Part shown: positions 1 through 8,933 of the stretch, piece by piece
How the letters are laid out: each line of letters opens with the position of its first letter
Position numbering within the stretch: position 1 is the first letter of the stretch
DNA from: an uncultured Bacteroidales bacterium
GTDB taxonomy: Bacteria; Bacteroidota; Bacteroidia; Bacteroidales; WCHB1-69
Length of the DNA: 64,000 nt
Reading direction: 5' to 3'
NCBI GenBank assembly: GCA_946186495.1
Contig: CAMHNQ010000001.1
Coordinates: 46,289-110,288, forward strand
Translations under genes and position numbers: made by a program
Notes under the pieces: model-generated
The model's input: the letters and a program-made list of their open reading frames with translations, nothing else
Databases searched by the model: none
What the model was told of the DNA's origin: nothing

Positions 1-748
1 CGAGGTCGTCTTCGCGTGCGGTAAGCATCTGCCATTGCTGCGACTTGTCAACCGCATCGGCGAAGGCTTTCCAGAGGTCGTAGTCCGTGTCATCCTCATT
101 CAGCGCCTGATTCAGCGTGGAAACTGCCTCGGCATAGCGGCCTGCCTTCAGGGATGCCATCCCCATCTCCTTGCTGCTTCCGTTGCCGGCCGTTTCCGTC
201 TGCCCTGCAGGGTCGGGAGTCGGCCTGCCTGTCAGCTGCTCCAGCCGCATCCGGGTTTCCGCTGCCTTGTCATCCATCTTGCAGGTGGAATAGCACATTT
301 GCAGGTTGAGGAGATAGGCTTCGTTGTCGGGATACTTCTGACAGATTTTCTCCCAATAGGGTAGTGCGCTCTTGTAGTCGGCCACATGCTGGTAGAAGTC
401 TGCAAGCCCGACCTGGTACCAGATGTTTTCCTTGTCAAGCTTGATGGCCTGCTTGAAGGCGTTTTCGGCCTCCGCGAACTGTTGGCGGCCGGAATAGACC
501 CGTGCGAGCATGAAGTGGGAGGGCGCATGCTTCGGGGCTTCAGCGAGGATGCTGGAGAAGACCTGCATGGCCTCGTCGTACTGGGCGGTGTAGTAGGCTC
601 GCAGCCCGCTGTTGAAACGGCTCGAAATCTGTCTCTCCGTCACGGCTTCCTTGGTGTTGGAGGCTGTTCGGCGGACTTTTTTCCCGCTTTGCGCCCACGA
701 GGGCATCCATAGGGCAAGGAGCAGCAATAGTATGGTTAACGGTTTCAT
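1..748 (-). CDS. Tetratricopeptide-repeat protein with signal peptide (partial, runs off the left edge; absent from ORF track)
   Basis: Manual translation from ATG at 748: MKPLTILLLLLALWMPSWAQ...GLRAYYTAQYDEAMQVF...AENAFKQAIKLDKENIWYQVGLADFY...; TPR-like helices, no stop before position 1. Confidence 0.8.
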   Translation of the reverse strand, partial: MKPLTILLLLLALWMPSWAQSGKKVRRTASNTKEAVTERQISSRFNSGLRAYYTAQYDEAMQVFSSILAEAPKHAPSHFMLARVYSGRQQFAEAENAFKQAIKLDKENIWYQVGLADFYQHVADYKSALPYWEKICQKYPDNEAYLLNLQMCYSTCKMDDKAAETRMRLEQLTGRPTPDPAGQTETAGNGSSKEMGMASLKAGRYAEAVSTLNQALNEDDTDYDLWKAFADAVDKSQQWQMLTAREDDL

Positions 749-769
749 TTTCAGATACGGCTTTGTTGC

Positions 770-1216
770 TTAATTTCTTCCGCTGTGCCCGAAACCGCCG
801 GTGCCGCGCCCTGTGGAAGAGAGTTCGTCCAAAGAGGCGACTTCCTGCAGGGCCACTTGTTGGTATTTGGCGATCACCATTTGGGCGATGCGTTCGCCTG
901 GGATGATCTCGAACGGTTCTTGCGACAGGTTCACTAAAAGCACCTGGACTTCCCCCCGGTAGTCGGCGTCGATGGTGCCGGGGCTGTTGAGGACCGTGAC
1001 GCCGTGCTTGAGCGCCAGCCCGCTCCTCGGCCGAATCTGCGCCTCACAGTCTTGCGGAAGTTCGATGAACAATCCTGTCGGAATCAGTTTCCGTTCCATC
1101 GGGTTCAATAGGACGGGTGCGGCGAGGTCCGCACGCAAATCCATGCCGGCGGAGTACTCTGAGGCATAGGCCGGCAGGGCGTTCTTTGATTTGTTGTATA
1201 TTTTCAATGTAGCCAT
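770..1216 (-). CDS. dut: dUTP diphosphatase
   Basis: Motifs [36 protein letters not shown]. Confidence 0.97.
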   Translation of the reverse strand: MATLKIYNKSKNALPAYASEYSAGMDLRADLAAPVLLNPMERKLIPTGLFIELPQDCEAQIRPRSGLALKHGVTVLNSPGTIDADYRGEVQVLLVNLSQEPFEIIPGERIAQMVIAKYQQVALQEVASLDELSSTGRGTGGFGHSGRN

Positions 1217-1240
1217 TTTCTGTTGTCGTTAGTTTTCCTT

Positions 1241-2083
1241 TCACCTCACCACTTTCCCGTCTTTGGCCGCTTTTTCGTAGAGTTCCTCGATGTAGCGGTT
1301 GATGAACTCTGTCCGGCGTTGGTTGGTGAGCAGCATGGCGGCCGCAGCGCGTTCCTCTTTTGTTTCGTTCACGGAACGTTGGGAACGGTAGTCGAGGATG
1401 ACCAAGAGCACGTTGTTGTCGCCGACTTTTTTCTCGATGTGCAGGATTTCCTTTTGCCCGGCAGCCTTTTCGGCATCAATCTCAAAGGCGACTTCGTTCT
1501 GGAGGTCGTCCAGATAGAGCCACGCGTCGTCGTCGAGCAGATATTCGATGGAGTCGCCCAATTGTTTTACAATACTCTCCTTTTCCGCGAGTCGCCGGTC
1601 CTCGTCGAACAAGATGTCGCGGACTTCGGAGAGGTTGTCCGCCGTGGAGGGCATCTTCACGTAGTTCACGCGCACGATTTCCTTCTCCACGGTGTAGCGG
1701 TTGTCCAATGAGTGGGCGAATGCGGAGATGTCCTTTTCGGAGATATGGGAGTTGTTGGTGTCCTGACGCCACAATTTCTCATAATATCTGTTGATTAACA
1801 GAGAGTTGCGATACTCTGTCATCTCCTTGTCGAAGTTTTTCTCTTTTGGGGAAAGATTCTTCTCGGCTTCGTGGAGCAGCAGTTTTTCCTTCACCCATGT
1901 GGTGATGTAGTTACGGGCAAGTGCGGTGCTGTCCTCCTGATTGAGGCCCGACGGGATGCAAGCGCTCACTTCAGAGGAATAGAGGCGGTACTGGTAGACC
2001 TGGGCCACCACAGGGTCCTCCTGTCGGTGGCATGCGCAGGCCAGCAATAGGATAAGACAGGCTATAACACTGATTCTCTTCAC
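1241..2083 (-). CDS. Lipoprotein, peptidyl-prolyl isomerase/SurA-associated family
   Basis: Lipobox LLACAC; 'DPVVAQVY..RLY', 'YRNSLLINRYYEKL' typical of the Bacteroidota protein that follows PpiC-type PPIases; GTG start. Confidence 0.65.
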   Translation of the reverse strand: MKRISVIACLILLLACACHRQEDPVVAQVYQYRLYSSEVSACIPSGLNQEDSTALARNYITTWVKEKLLLHEAEKNLSPKEKNFDKEMTEYRNSLLINRYYEKLWRQDTNNSHISEKDISAFAHSLDNRYTVEKEIVRVNYVKMPSTADNLSEVRDILFDEDRRLAEKESIVKQLGDSIEYLLDDDAWLYLDDLQNEVAFEIDAEKAAGQKEILHIEKKVGDNNVLLVILDYRSQRSVNETKEERAAAAMLLTNQRRTEFINRYIEELYEKAAKDGKVVR

Positions 2084-2084
2084 G

Positions 2085-3836
2085 TTATTTTTTCAAAATG
2101 GTGCGGAAAACCTCTTCGTTGACTCTTACGGGGTATTTTTCGCGGAGTTCGTTCAACCAATCTTTTTCGTATTTTTCCTGATACTGGCTGATGACCACGG
2201 CACGGACCTCGTCAAACGTCTTGTAGGGCTTGGCCGTGTCGCCGGTGGCAAACTGCGACTTGATTTCCTCGTAGAATTTCTCCGCGCCCACCGTGTCCTT
2301 TATGGCGGCATTCCACACTTTAAGGGCGTTGACCTCATAGATCATAAGACCGTCATACACCTCGTTCACCACATCGCGGTATTCGGGGTATTTGTCCATC
2401 AGGCGTGTGGATTCATATCGCAAGATGTTGTCACTCACAAAGTTGTTGAACACCTGATCCAGGAACGCGGCCATGTGGTCGTTGGGCTGGGCGATGCGGC
2501 CCTGGAAACGCACGAGGTAGCGTCCGAAGTCCTTGGCGGTCAGCTTCTGGTCGGCGTACGTGCACATCGGCTTCAGCTTCTCGATGCCGGGGAATGAGTC
2601 TATCGCAATGTGCGCCGACTGGAAGTAGTTGTCGGGCATGTGCTTGCTGAGGAACTTGATGGCGGCTTTCTTGCCTTTCTCGTCGTAGTTGTACTCCGTC
2701 TTCAGCTTCGCGACCAGAGATTCTTTGCTTCGCTTGGAGCGGCTGTCGCGTTCGAGGCGGTTCTTGACCATGAATTTGAACTCGTCGTTGACCGTGGTGT
2801 AGACAATGGAATCCAGGCGCAGGATGTGCCAACCGATGGAGGAGGGGACAGGCTGGGAAATCTCTCCCGCCTTCAGGTTGATGGCGGCAGAGATGAAGTT
2901 ACCCGGGCGGCGGTTCGGGGAGCAGGGCTCCATGCGGCCGCCGTTGCGTTTGGTGGCTTCGTCGTCGGAGTATTCTGCCGCAAGGGCCTCAAAAGAGGCT
3001 CCCTGCTTGTACTTCTTGAGCAGTTCCGCATAACGGCTCATCTGGCGGCTGTGGTCCGCTTTACGGTCGCTTGCAAGGCTGTCCTTGAAGAATATCTGTG
3101 ACACGAAAATCTTGGCGATGGCCGGAATCTTGTCCTGGACATAGACCAGGTGGTATCCGAACTGGGTACGGACGGGCTGCGACACTTGCCCGACCGGGGT
3201 GCTGTAGGCGGCGCTCTCGAACGGGTAAATCATCTCCAGCACCGAGAAGTAGCCCAGTTCACCTAAGTTGCCGGGCTGGCGGCGCTGGTTCTGCGGGTTG
3301 ACGAAGTCGCGGGCCGACTCGTCGTCGGAGTAACGTTCTGCCGCCTCGTTGAAGTCCAAACCGTTCAGAACCTCCTCCCGGATTTTCATGATTTTGTGAT
3401 AGGCGGCGAGGGTGTCCTTGGGGTCGGCGTTCTCCGGTACGCGAACCAGGATGTGCGAGGCACGGACCTGGTAGCGGGAACGGTCGACGGTCTCTTCCAA
3501 GAGCTGGTCACTTACCTCGGTATCAATGAGATATTGTTGCGCATATTGGTTCCTGTAGGCCGCCCACTCCTTTTGGAAAGCCTGTGCCGTGTCCAGCTTC
3601 AGAGACTTCGCCTCCTGGACTTTCATGCAGTATTCTGCGTACAGCCTCAAATAGTCGCGAAGCTCAGCCTCCGTGGCATCGCTCAACAGACTGTTCTTCT
3701 GGTAGGACTTGACGAATTCGGACTTATGAACGGATTTTCCGCCTACCGTCATCAACACGGGGTCATTCTCCTGTGCCACCGCCGAGAAGCAAGACAACAC
3801 TATAGCTGAAACCACCAAGCTAATAATTTTCTTCAT
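2085..3836 (-). CDS. Periplasmic parvulin-type peptidylprolyl isomerase (SurA/PpiC-like, two rotamase domains)
   Basis: Signal peptide; VRASHILV, FNEAAERYSDD, GELGYF, PVRTQFGYHLV; second domain FEALAAEYSDD...GWHILRL. Confidence 0.9.
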   Translation of the reverse strand: MKKIISLVVSAIVLSCFSAVAQENDPVLMTVGGKSVHKSEFVKSYQKNSLLSDATEAELRDYLRLYAEYCMKVQEAKSLKLDTAQAFQKEWAAYRNQYAQQYLIDTEVSDQLLEETVDRSRYQVRASHILVRVPENADPKDTLAAYHKIMKIREEVLNGLDFNEAAERYSDDESARDFVNPQNQRRQPGNLGELGYFSVLEMIYPFESAAYSTPVGQVSQPVRTQFGYHLVYVQDKIPAIAKIFVSQIFFKDSLASDRKADHSRQMSRYAELLKKYKQGASFEALAAEYSDDEATKRNGGRMEPCSPNRRPGNFISAAINLKAGEISQPVPSSIGWHILRLDSIVYTTVNDEFKFMVKNRLERDSRSKRSKESLVAKLKTEYNYDEKGKKAAIKFLSKHMPDNYFQSAHIAIDSFPGIEKLKPMCTYADQKLTAKDFGRYLVRFQGRIAQPNDHMAAFLDQVFNNFVSDNILRYESTRLMDKYPEYRDVVNEVYDGLMIYEVNALKVWNAAIKDTVGAEKFYEEIKSQFATGDTAKPYKTFDEVRAVVISQYQEKYEKDWLNELREKYPVRVNEEVFRTILKK

Positions 3837-3892
3837 AATTTTTTTTATATCAATAGGTTATAATAATGTTAGCCTTTGTTTCTTAGAGACCG

Positions 3893-3900
3893 CAAAAATA
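3893..3900 (-). promoter_or_regulatory. Bacteroidota housekeeping promoter -7 element (TATTTTTG) for the PPIase-dut operon
   Basis: Matches TAnnTTTG, ~57 bp upstream of the ATG at 3836. Confidence 0.7.
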
Positions 3901-3956
3901 ACATAAAAATTGGAAAGACAAAAATAAAAAAAAGCTGGAAAATCGAAAAAAAAAAC

Positions 3957-3964
3957 TATTTTTG
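3957..3964 (+). promoter_or_regulatory. -7 promoter element (TATTTTTG) for the sugar dehydratase gene
   Basis: TAnnTTTG consensus, divergent from the previous element. Confidence 0.65.
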
Positions 3965-4066
3965 CAAAATTCATTTGTATGAATGGGTAAGTGTACGTAA
4001 AACATTTTCTTTTTTTATGCAACCTTTTAACAGGCAGATAGTTGTAACCACAAATAACGTAAACAT

Positions 4067-5995
4067 ATGGTAAATGCTTTTGACCGTTTGGCGAACAAAA
4101 TATCCACATTCCTGGATGCAAGGCTGATTTTCATCCTTGACTTGCTCCTCTCCTTGGTGGCTTCCCTGCTGGCGTTGCTCACTCTGGGATTCCTGCGAGG
4201 AACCTTCTACGCCTCAGGGAGATTCGCTTTGGTCTGGATGCTGACCTCCCTTATCGCGACCTGCGTCGCCATGTTCATCTTCAAAGGTCATAAGCTGATT
4301 ATCAGGCATATGAGTCTGCGCGACATGGTTGTCTTCCTCTCTGAAACCGTCTTCAAGGTGTTGGTGATGTTTGTGGTGATGACCATTGCCGATGGCGGTA
4401 TCTTCAAAGGGGTGACTTTTACGTTGATGGCCGACTTCATCCTCACCCTGTTCCTGCTCGTCACCGTCCGCCTGATGATGGTGACCCTGTACAGCTACCT
4501 GATAGACAAGCGGAAAGCATCCCGAAACAACATGCGCGTGCTGGTGTATGGGGTCTCCGACAAATCATTGGCGGCCATCGTCCGTTTGGAGAACTCGACG
4601 CACTACAAGGTGGTGGGGCTGCTCACGGACGAGCCGCAGCCGGAAAACCTGCGCTTGTCCAACCTCCCCATGTACAGGTTCAACGACCCCGCACAGTTGG
4701 ATCAGCTCATTTCGGAACACGAGGTGAATGCCGTGTTGTTCACTTCCGAGCGGGACGCCCAAAGCGAGCGCGACGGCCTTGTTAAAATCTGCAGCGACCT
4801 GCATGTGCGCATGCTAATCATCCCGAATATTGACGAGATGAAGAAAGGGTTGAACCACAACAAGATACGCGAGGTGAAGATTGAAGACCTCCTGGGGCGC
4901 GAGGAGATACAGATTTCCATGGAAGCCATCAAGGCGAATTTCAAGGACAAGGTGGTGATGGTGACAGGAGCCGCCGGCTCCATCGGCTCTGAGCTGTGCC
5001 GCCAGCTGGCCGGCTTCGGCATAAAGAAGCTTATCCTCTTCGACAATGCCGAAACCCCGATGCACAACATCCGCCTTGAACTGGAGGAGAAGTTCCCGAA
5101 CCTCTCGTTCGTGCCGATCATCGGCGACGTGCGCCAGAGCCCCCGCGTGGATTTCGCCTTCCGCACCCACCATCCGCAAATCGTGTTCCATGCCGCTGCC
5201 TACAAGCATGTCCCCCTGATGGAGGAAAACCCCTGCGAGGCCGTCCGTGTCAACGTGCACGGCACCCATACGGTCGCCGACAAGTGCATCGAATATGATG
5301 TCGAGAAGATGGTGATGATCTCCACGGACAAGGCCGTGAACCCGACCAACGTGATGGGATGCTCCAAGCGCATAGCGGAGATTTACGTCCAGTCGCTGGG
5401 TCTTGCCGTGGAACGCGGTGAGGTGAAGGGCCGCACAAAGTTCGTCACCACGCGCTTCGGCAATGTGCTGGGATCCAACGGCTCCGTGATCCCGCGTTTC
5501 CGCGAGCAGATTGAAAAGGGCGGCCCGGTGACCGTCACCGACCCCAGAATCACCCGCTTCTTCATGACCATCCCGGAGGCATGCCGACTGGTGATGGAGG
5601 CCGCAACCTTCAGCACCGGCAACCAGATTTTCGTCTTCGACATGGGTGAGTCCGTCAAAATCGACGACCTCGCGCACCGCATGATCAGCCTGGCCGGTCT
5701 GAAACCCGGCGAGGACATCAAGATTGAATACACCGGACTGCGCCCCGGCGAGAAACTCTACGAAGAGGTTCTCTCGAACAAGGAGAACACCATAGAGACC
5801 CAGCATGACCGGATTTTCATCGCCAAGGTGCGCGAATACCCCTATTCGTCCGCACTGCCCGCCATTGACGAAATGGAAGAGCTTTCCATCTTTGTGAAAA
5901 TCCCCGAAATGGTGAAGAAGATGAAGGCCTTCGTCCCCGAATTTATCAGTCAGAACTCCGCCTTCTCCCAATACGACCATCCCGAGGAAAAGTAA
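4067..5995 (+). CDS. Membrane-anchored NDP-sugar 4,6-dehydratase (CapD/PglF/WbpM family)
   Basis: Four N-terminal TM helices; VTGAAGSIGSEL, HAAAYKHVP, STDKAVNPTNVMG, RFGNVLGSNGSV, GLRPGEKLYEE. Confidence 0.93.
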   Translation: MVNAFDRLANKISTFLDARLIFILDLLLSLVASLLALLTLGFLRGTFYASGRFALVWMLTSLIATCVAMFIFKGHKLIIRHMSLRDMVVFLSETVFKVLVMFVVMTIADGGIFKGVTFTLMADFILTLFLLVTVRLMMVTLYSYLIDKRKASRNNMRVLVYGVSDKSLAAIVRLENSTHYKVVGLLTDEPQPENLRLSNLPMYRFNDPAQLDQLISEHEVNAVLFTSERDAQSERDGLVKICSDLHVRMLIIPNIDEMKKGLNHNKIREVKIEDLLGREEIQISMEAIKANFKDKVVMVTGAAGSIGSELCRQLAGFGIKKLILFDNAETPMHNIRLELEEKFPNLSFVPIIGDVRQSPRVDFAFRTHHPQIVFHAAAYKHVPLMEENPCEAVRVNVHGTHTVADKCIEYDVEKMVMISTDKAVNPTNVMGCSKRIAEIYVQSLGLAVERGEVKGRTKFVTTRFGNVLGSNGSVIPRFREQIEKGGPVTVTDPRITRFFMTIPEACRLVMEAATFSTGNQIFVFDMGESVKIDDLAHRMISLAGLKPGEDIKIEYTGLRPGEKLYEEVLSNKENTIETQHDRIFIAKVREYPYSSALPAIDEMEELSIFVKIPEMVKKMKAFVPEFISQNSAFSQYDHPEEK

Positions 5996-6146
5996 CCCGG
6001 CCATCCGAAGCCTCACCAATCCCCGTCCTGCACACTGCCGAACAACAACGGTACCCTCATCCTATGGACAACCGGCTCAAGTCTGCGTGAGGTTGTCATT
6101 GCATCATTAATAAAAATTGTATATTTGCAGGTTAAAAAAATCAAGT

Positions 6147-7226
6147 ATGAAAGATTATCAATTCGTTGGTATACAACAAATTGGAATAGGAACTGAAAAT
6201 ATGCTGGCATCCTGGAAATGGTATGCCGACATGTTCCAGATGAATATCCGTGTTCTGGAAGATGACACTGTGGCGGAACGCATGCTTCCCTATACGGGCG
6301 GGAAACCCGAGAAACGGCACGCGTGCGTGGCTGCCAATCTGCAGGGCGGCGGCGGTTTCGAGATCTGGCAGTATTCGGAACGAAAGCCGATTCCGATGGA
6401 CTTTGAGGTGATGGTTGGCGACCTCGGGATCTTCTGTGCGAAGGTCAAGTCACACAACATCTCGTCATACCATGCCGAACTGGCCGCCAAACACGCGAAC
6501 GTCTCCCAGATTTTCATCGACCCGCACGGGCTGCCGACCTTCTACCTCCATGATCCGGACGGGAATCTTTTCCAGGTGGTGGAGGACAATGATGTCTTCA
6601 TTGACGAAAAACACTATTCCGGCGGCGTTGTGGGCGCCATGATCGGCGTCTCCGACATCGAGAAGTCCCTGCCGGTCTATCGGGACATCCTCGGCTACGA
6701 CACGGTGGTCTATGACAAGACCGGAGTCTTCAGCGACTGGCAGACGATGCGCGGCGGCACCCAGCAGTATCGCCGCGTACTCCTCGCGCACTCCGAGCCT
6801 TTCACCGGCCCATTCTCGAAACTCTACGGCAGCAACACCAGCACCATAGAACTGGTTCAGGCCATGGAGCGCACCCCGAGGAAAATCTTCGAGAAACCCC
6901 GCCAGTGGGGCGATCCCGGATTCATCCAGATATGCTTTGACGTGGTGAACATGCGCGCTTTGGAGAAGCATTGCCAGGAACTCGGGTATCCTTTCACTGC
7001 CGACAGCTGCCCCGGAGACGGCGACTTCGACATGGGGCTCGCCTCCGGCCACTTCACTTATATCGAAGATCCGGACGGCACCCTGATAGAATTTGTGGAA
7101 GTGCACAAGATCCCCGTGAGCAACCGCTTCAACCTCTGCATCAACCTGATGAACAGAGACCGATCCAAACCATTGCCTGCCTTCTTCTTCTGGCTCATGA
7201 AATTCAACAGAGTGAAATTCGACTGA
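6147..7226 (+). CDS. VOC/glyoxalase family protein (tandem VOC domains)
   Basis: GIQQIGIG, HDPDGNLFQVVE, IEDPDGTLIEFVE; start set at ATG 6147 because the TATATTTG promoter lies at 6120-6127. Confidence 0.82.
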   Translation: MKDYQFVGIQQIGIGTENMLASWKWYADMFQMNIRVLEDDTVAERMLPYTGGKPEKRHACVAANLQGGGGFEIWQYSERKPIPMDFEVMVGDLGIFCAKVKSHNISSYHAELAAKHANVSQIFIDPHGLPTFYLHDPDGNLFQVVEDNDVFIDEKHYSGGVVGAMIGVSDIEKSLPVYRDILGYDTVVYDKTGVFSDWQTMRGGTQQYRRVLLAHSEPFTGPFSKLYGSNTSTIELVQAMERTPRKIFEKPRQWGDPGFIQICFDVVNMRALEKHCQELGYPFTADSCPGDGDFDMGLASGHFTYIEDPDGTLIEFVEVHKIPVSNRFNLCINLMNRDRSKPLPAFFFWLMKFNRVKFD

Positions 7227-7227
7227 T

Positions 7228-7830
7228 ATGGGAGAACTTGTTGAACGTCTACGTAAAGACCTGCGTTACGAGGAGGCACTCCATGCCTGCATGAACTGCG
7301 GCATGTGCACTGCAGTATGCCCCGCAGCGGAATTCTACGACTACGACCCGCGCCGTATCTGCGACATGGTGCAACGCAACGACGAGGCCACCTTAGAGAA
7401 CCTCCTCCGAAGTGAAACCATCTGGTACTGTGGACAATGCATGTCGTGCAAACCCAGATGCCCACGCGGCAACGCCCCCGGGGAAGTCATCAACGTCCTC
7501 AGGAAAGTCTCCCAGGAGACCGGCTATTTCCGCGACAGTGAGATGGGACGGCAACAGACCCAGCTCATGAACACTATCGAACAGAACATCCTCGATATCG
7601 GCTATTGCGTCCATCCCGACCGCGTTGACCCCGCCTACCATGTGGAGCAAGGCCCTGTTTGGCGCTGGTATGTGGACAATATTGAAGAGGTCTCGCGTAA
7701 ACTGGGCGCCAACTACCACGGGAACGGCCCCGGCGCACTCCGCACCATCCCCCACGAGGATATGGCGGAAGTGCACAAGATTTTCGAAGTGACCGGTGGG
7801 TTTGAACTTCGCGACAAAGTGAAGAGTTAA
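7228..7830 (+). CDS. HdrC-like 2x[4Fe-4S] protein (heterodisulfide reductase subunit C family)
   Basis: CMNCGMCTAVCP and IWYCGQCMSCKPRCPRG. Confidence 0.85.
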   Translation: MGELVERLRKDLRYEEALHACMNCGMCTAVCPAAEFYDYDPRRICDMVQRNDEATLENLLRSETIWYCGQCMSCKPRCPRGNAPGEVINVLRKVSQETGYFRDSEMGRQQTQLMNTIEQNILDIGYCVHPDRVDPAYHVEQGPVWRWYVDNIEEVSRKLGANYHGNGPGALRTIPHEDMAEVHKIFEVTGGFELRDKVKS

Positions 7831-7847
7831 CGTGATAATCCTGCAAT

Positions 7848-8882
7848 ATGAAAAAAGCATTGGTTTTGTGGCTATGTCTCCTGATCACCGCGCTGGCCTT
7901 CTCCCAGGATCGTATCAATGTGAAGGACAAAAACGGGAAAAGGCAGGGCGTGTGGAAAAAATACGAGCAAGGGACATTGGTCTACGAAGGGCAATTCAAG
8001 GACGACGTGCCCTACGGAACATTCAGATATTACCATAAGAACGGCAAACTGAAGAGCGTCACGGAATTTCTCCAAGGTGTCCACAAAGTGAAGACTGTCA
8101 TTTTCCATGAAAACGGCCGAAAAGCTTCCGAAGGTGTTTACATCGATCAGCTGAAGGATGGCGAATGGCGCTATTACGCTGACCATGACACACTTATCAA
8201 AGTGGAGAACTATCAGATGGGCAAACGCAACGGACCGTGGAAGACCTACTCGACAGACGGGGTTCTTCTGGAAGAGTGTGACTATCTGAATGACAGGCTC
8301 AACGGAATTCACAAGACCTATTACTTGAACGGGAAAGTCAGTCTGGAAGAGAATTATGTGGCAGGGAAGACCAACGGGAAATACACCTCCTACTATCCAA
8401 ACGGAAACATTTCATCCACAGGTGTTTATCATAACGGCTGGCGCGATGCAGAATGGAATTCCTACGATGTGAACGGCAAAATCCGCTCCACTATGGTCTA
8501 TAAAAACCACACCCTGTTGACGACATATATATATATGTACCAGAAAGGGGTGGGGCAGAAGCTGAAACAGGACGTGGTGGCCTATTTCGTGAAAAACCGC
8601 GACAAAATGACCGTCGTGCTCAAGAACGGAAACAGGCTCTCTATTGACGAAACGATGGAAGAGGTGGAACAGTGGATCGACTACACGGCGTTTGTTCGGG
8701 TCAACCCACGCTACATCGTGGCGACTGACGCCTTGGTAAGCTACACGCCCGTGAAGGACAGCGACGATGTGGACGCCGTGACGGTTAAGATCCGTCCGAC
8801 CCCCGACGAGGAGATATACGCCGAAGGCAATGACGCCAAACTCATCAAGTCATTCTTCCGGTCCGATATGCCGGAAGAGTAG
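7848..8882 (+). CDS. Exported MORN-variant (YwqK-like) repeat protein with C-terminal LytTR-like domain
   Basis: Signal peptide; repeats GxWxxY..NG; C-terminus VAYF...MEEVEQWID..AFVRVNPRYIV. Confidence 0.75.
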   Translation: MKKALVLWLCLLITALAFSQDRINVKDKNGKRQGVWKKYEQGTLVYEGQFKDDVPYGTFRYYHKNGKLKSVTEFLQGVHKVKTVIFHENGRKASEGVYIDQLKDGEWRYYADHDTLIKVENYQMGKRNGPWKTYSTDGVLLEECDYLNDRLNGIHKTYYLNGKVSLEENYVAGKTNGKYTSYYPNGNISSTGVYHNGWRDAEWNSYDVNGKIRSTMVYKNHTLLTTYIYMYQKGVGQKLKQDVVAYFVKNRDKMTVVLKNGNRLSIDETMEEVEQWIDYTAFVRVNPRYIVATDALVSYTPVKDSDDVDAVTVKIRPTPDEEIYAEGNDAKLIKSFFRSDMPEE

Positions 8883-8933
8883 GGATAAAAACCAGGTTGA
8901 TTGTTTGTTATTAGAGGACAAGAAGAATCGTCA

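Noticed and set aside
7848-8550. Toxin-antitoxin locus (YwqK antitoxin)
   Set aside because: Only generic MORN-variant repeats; no adjacent toxin gene.
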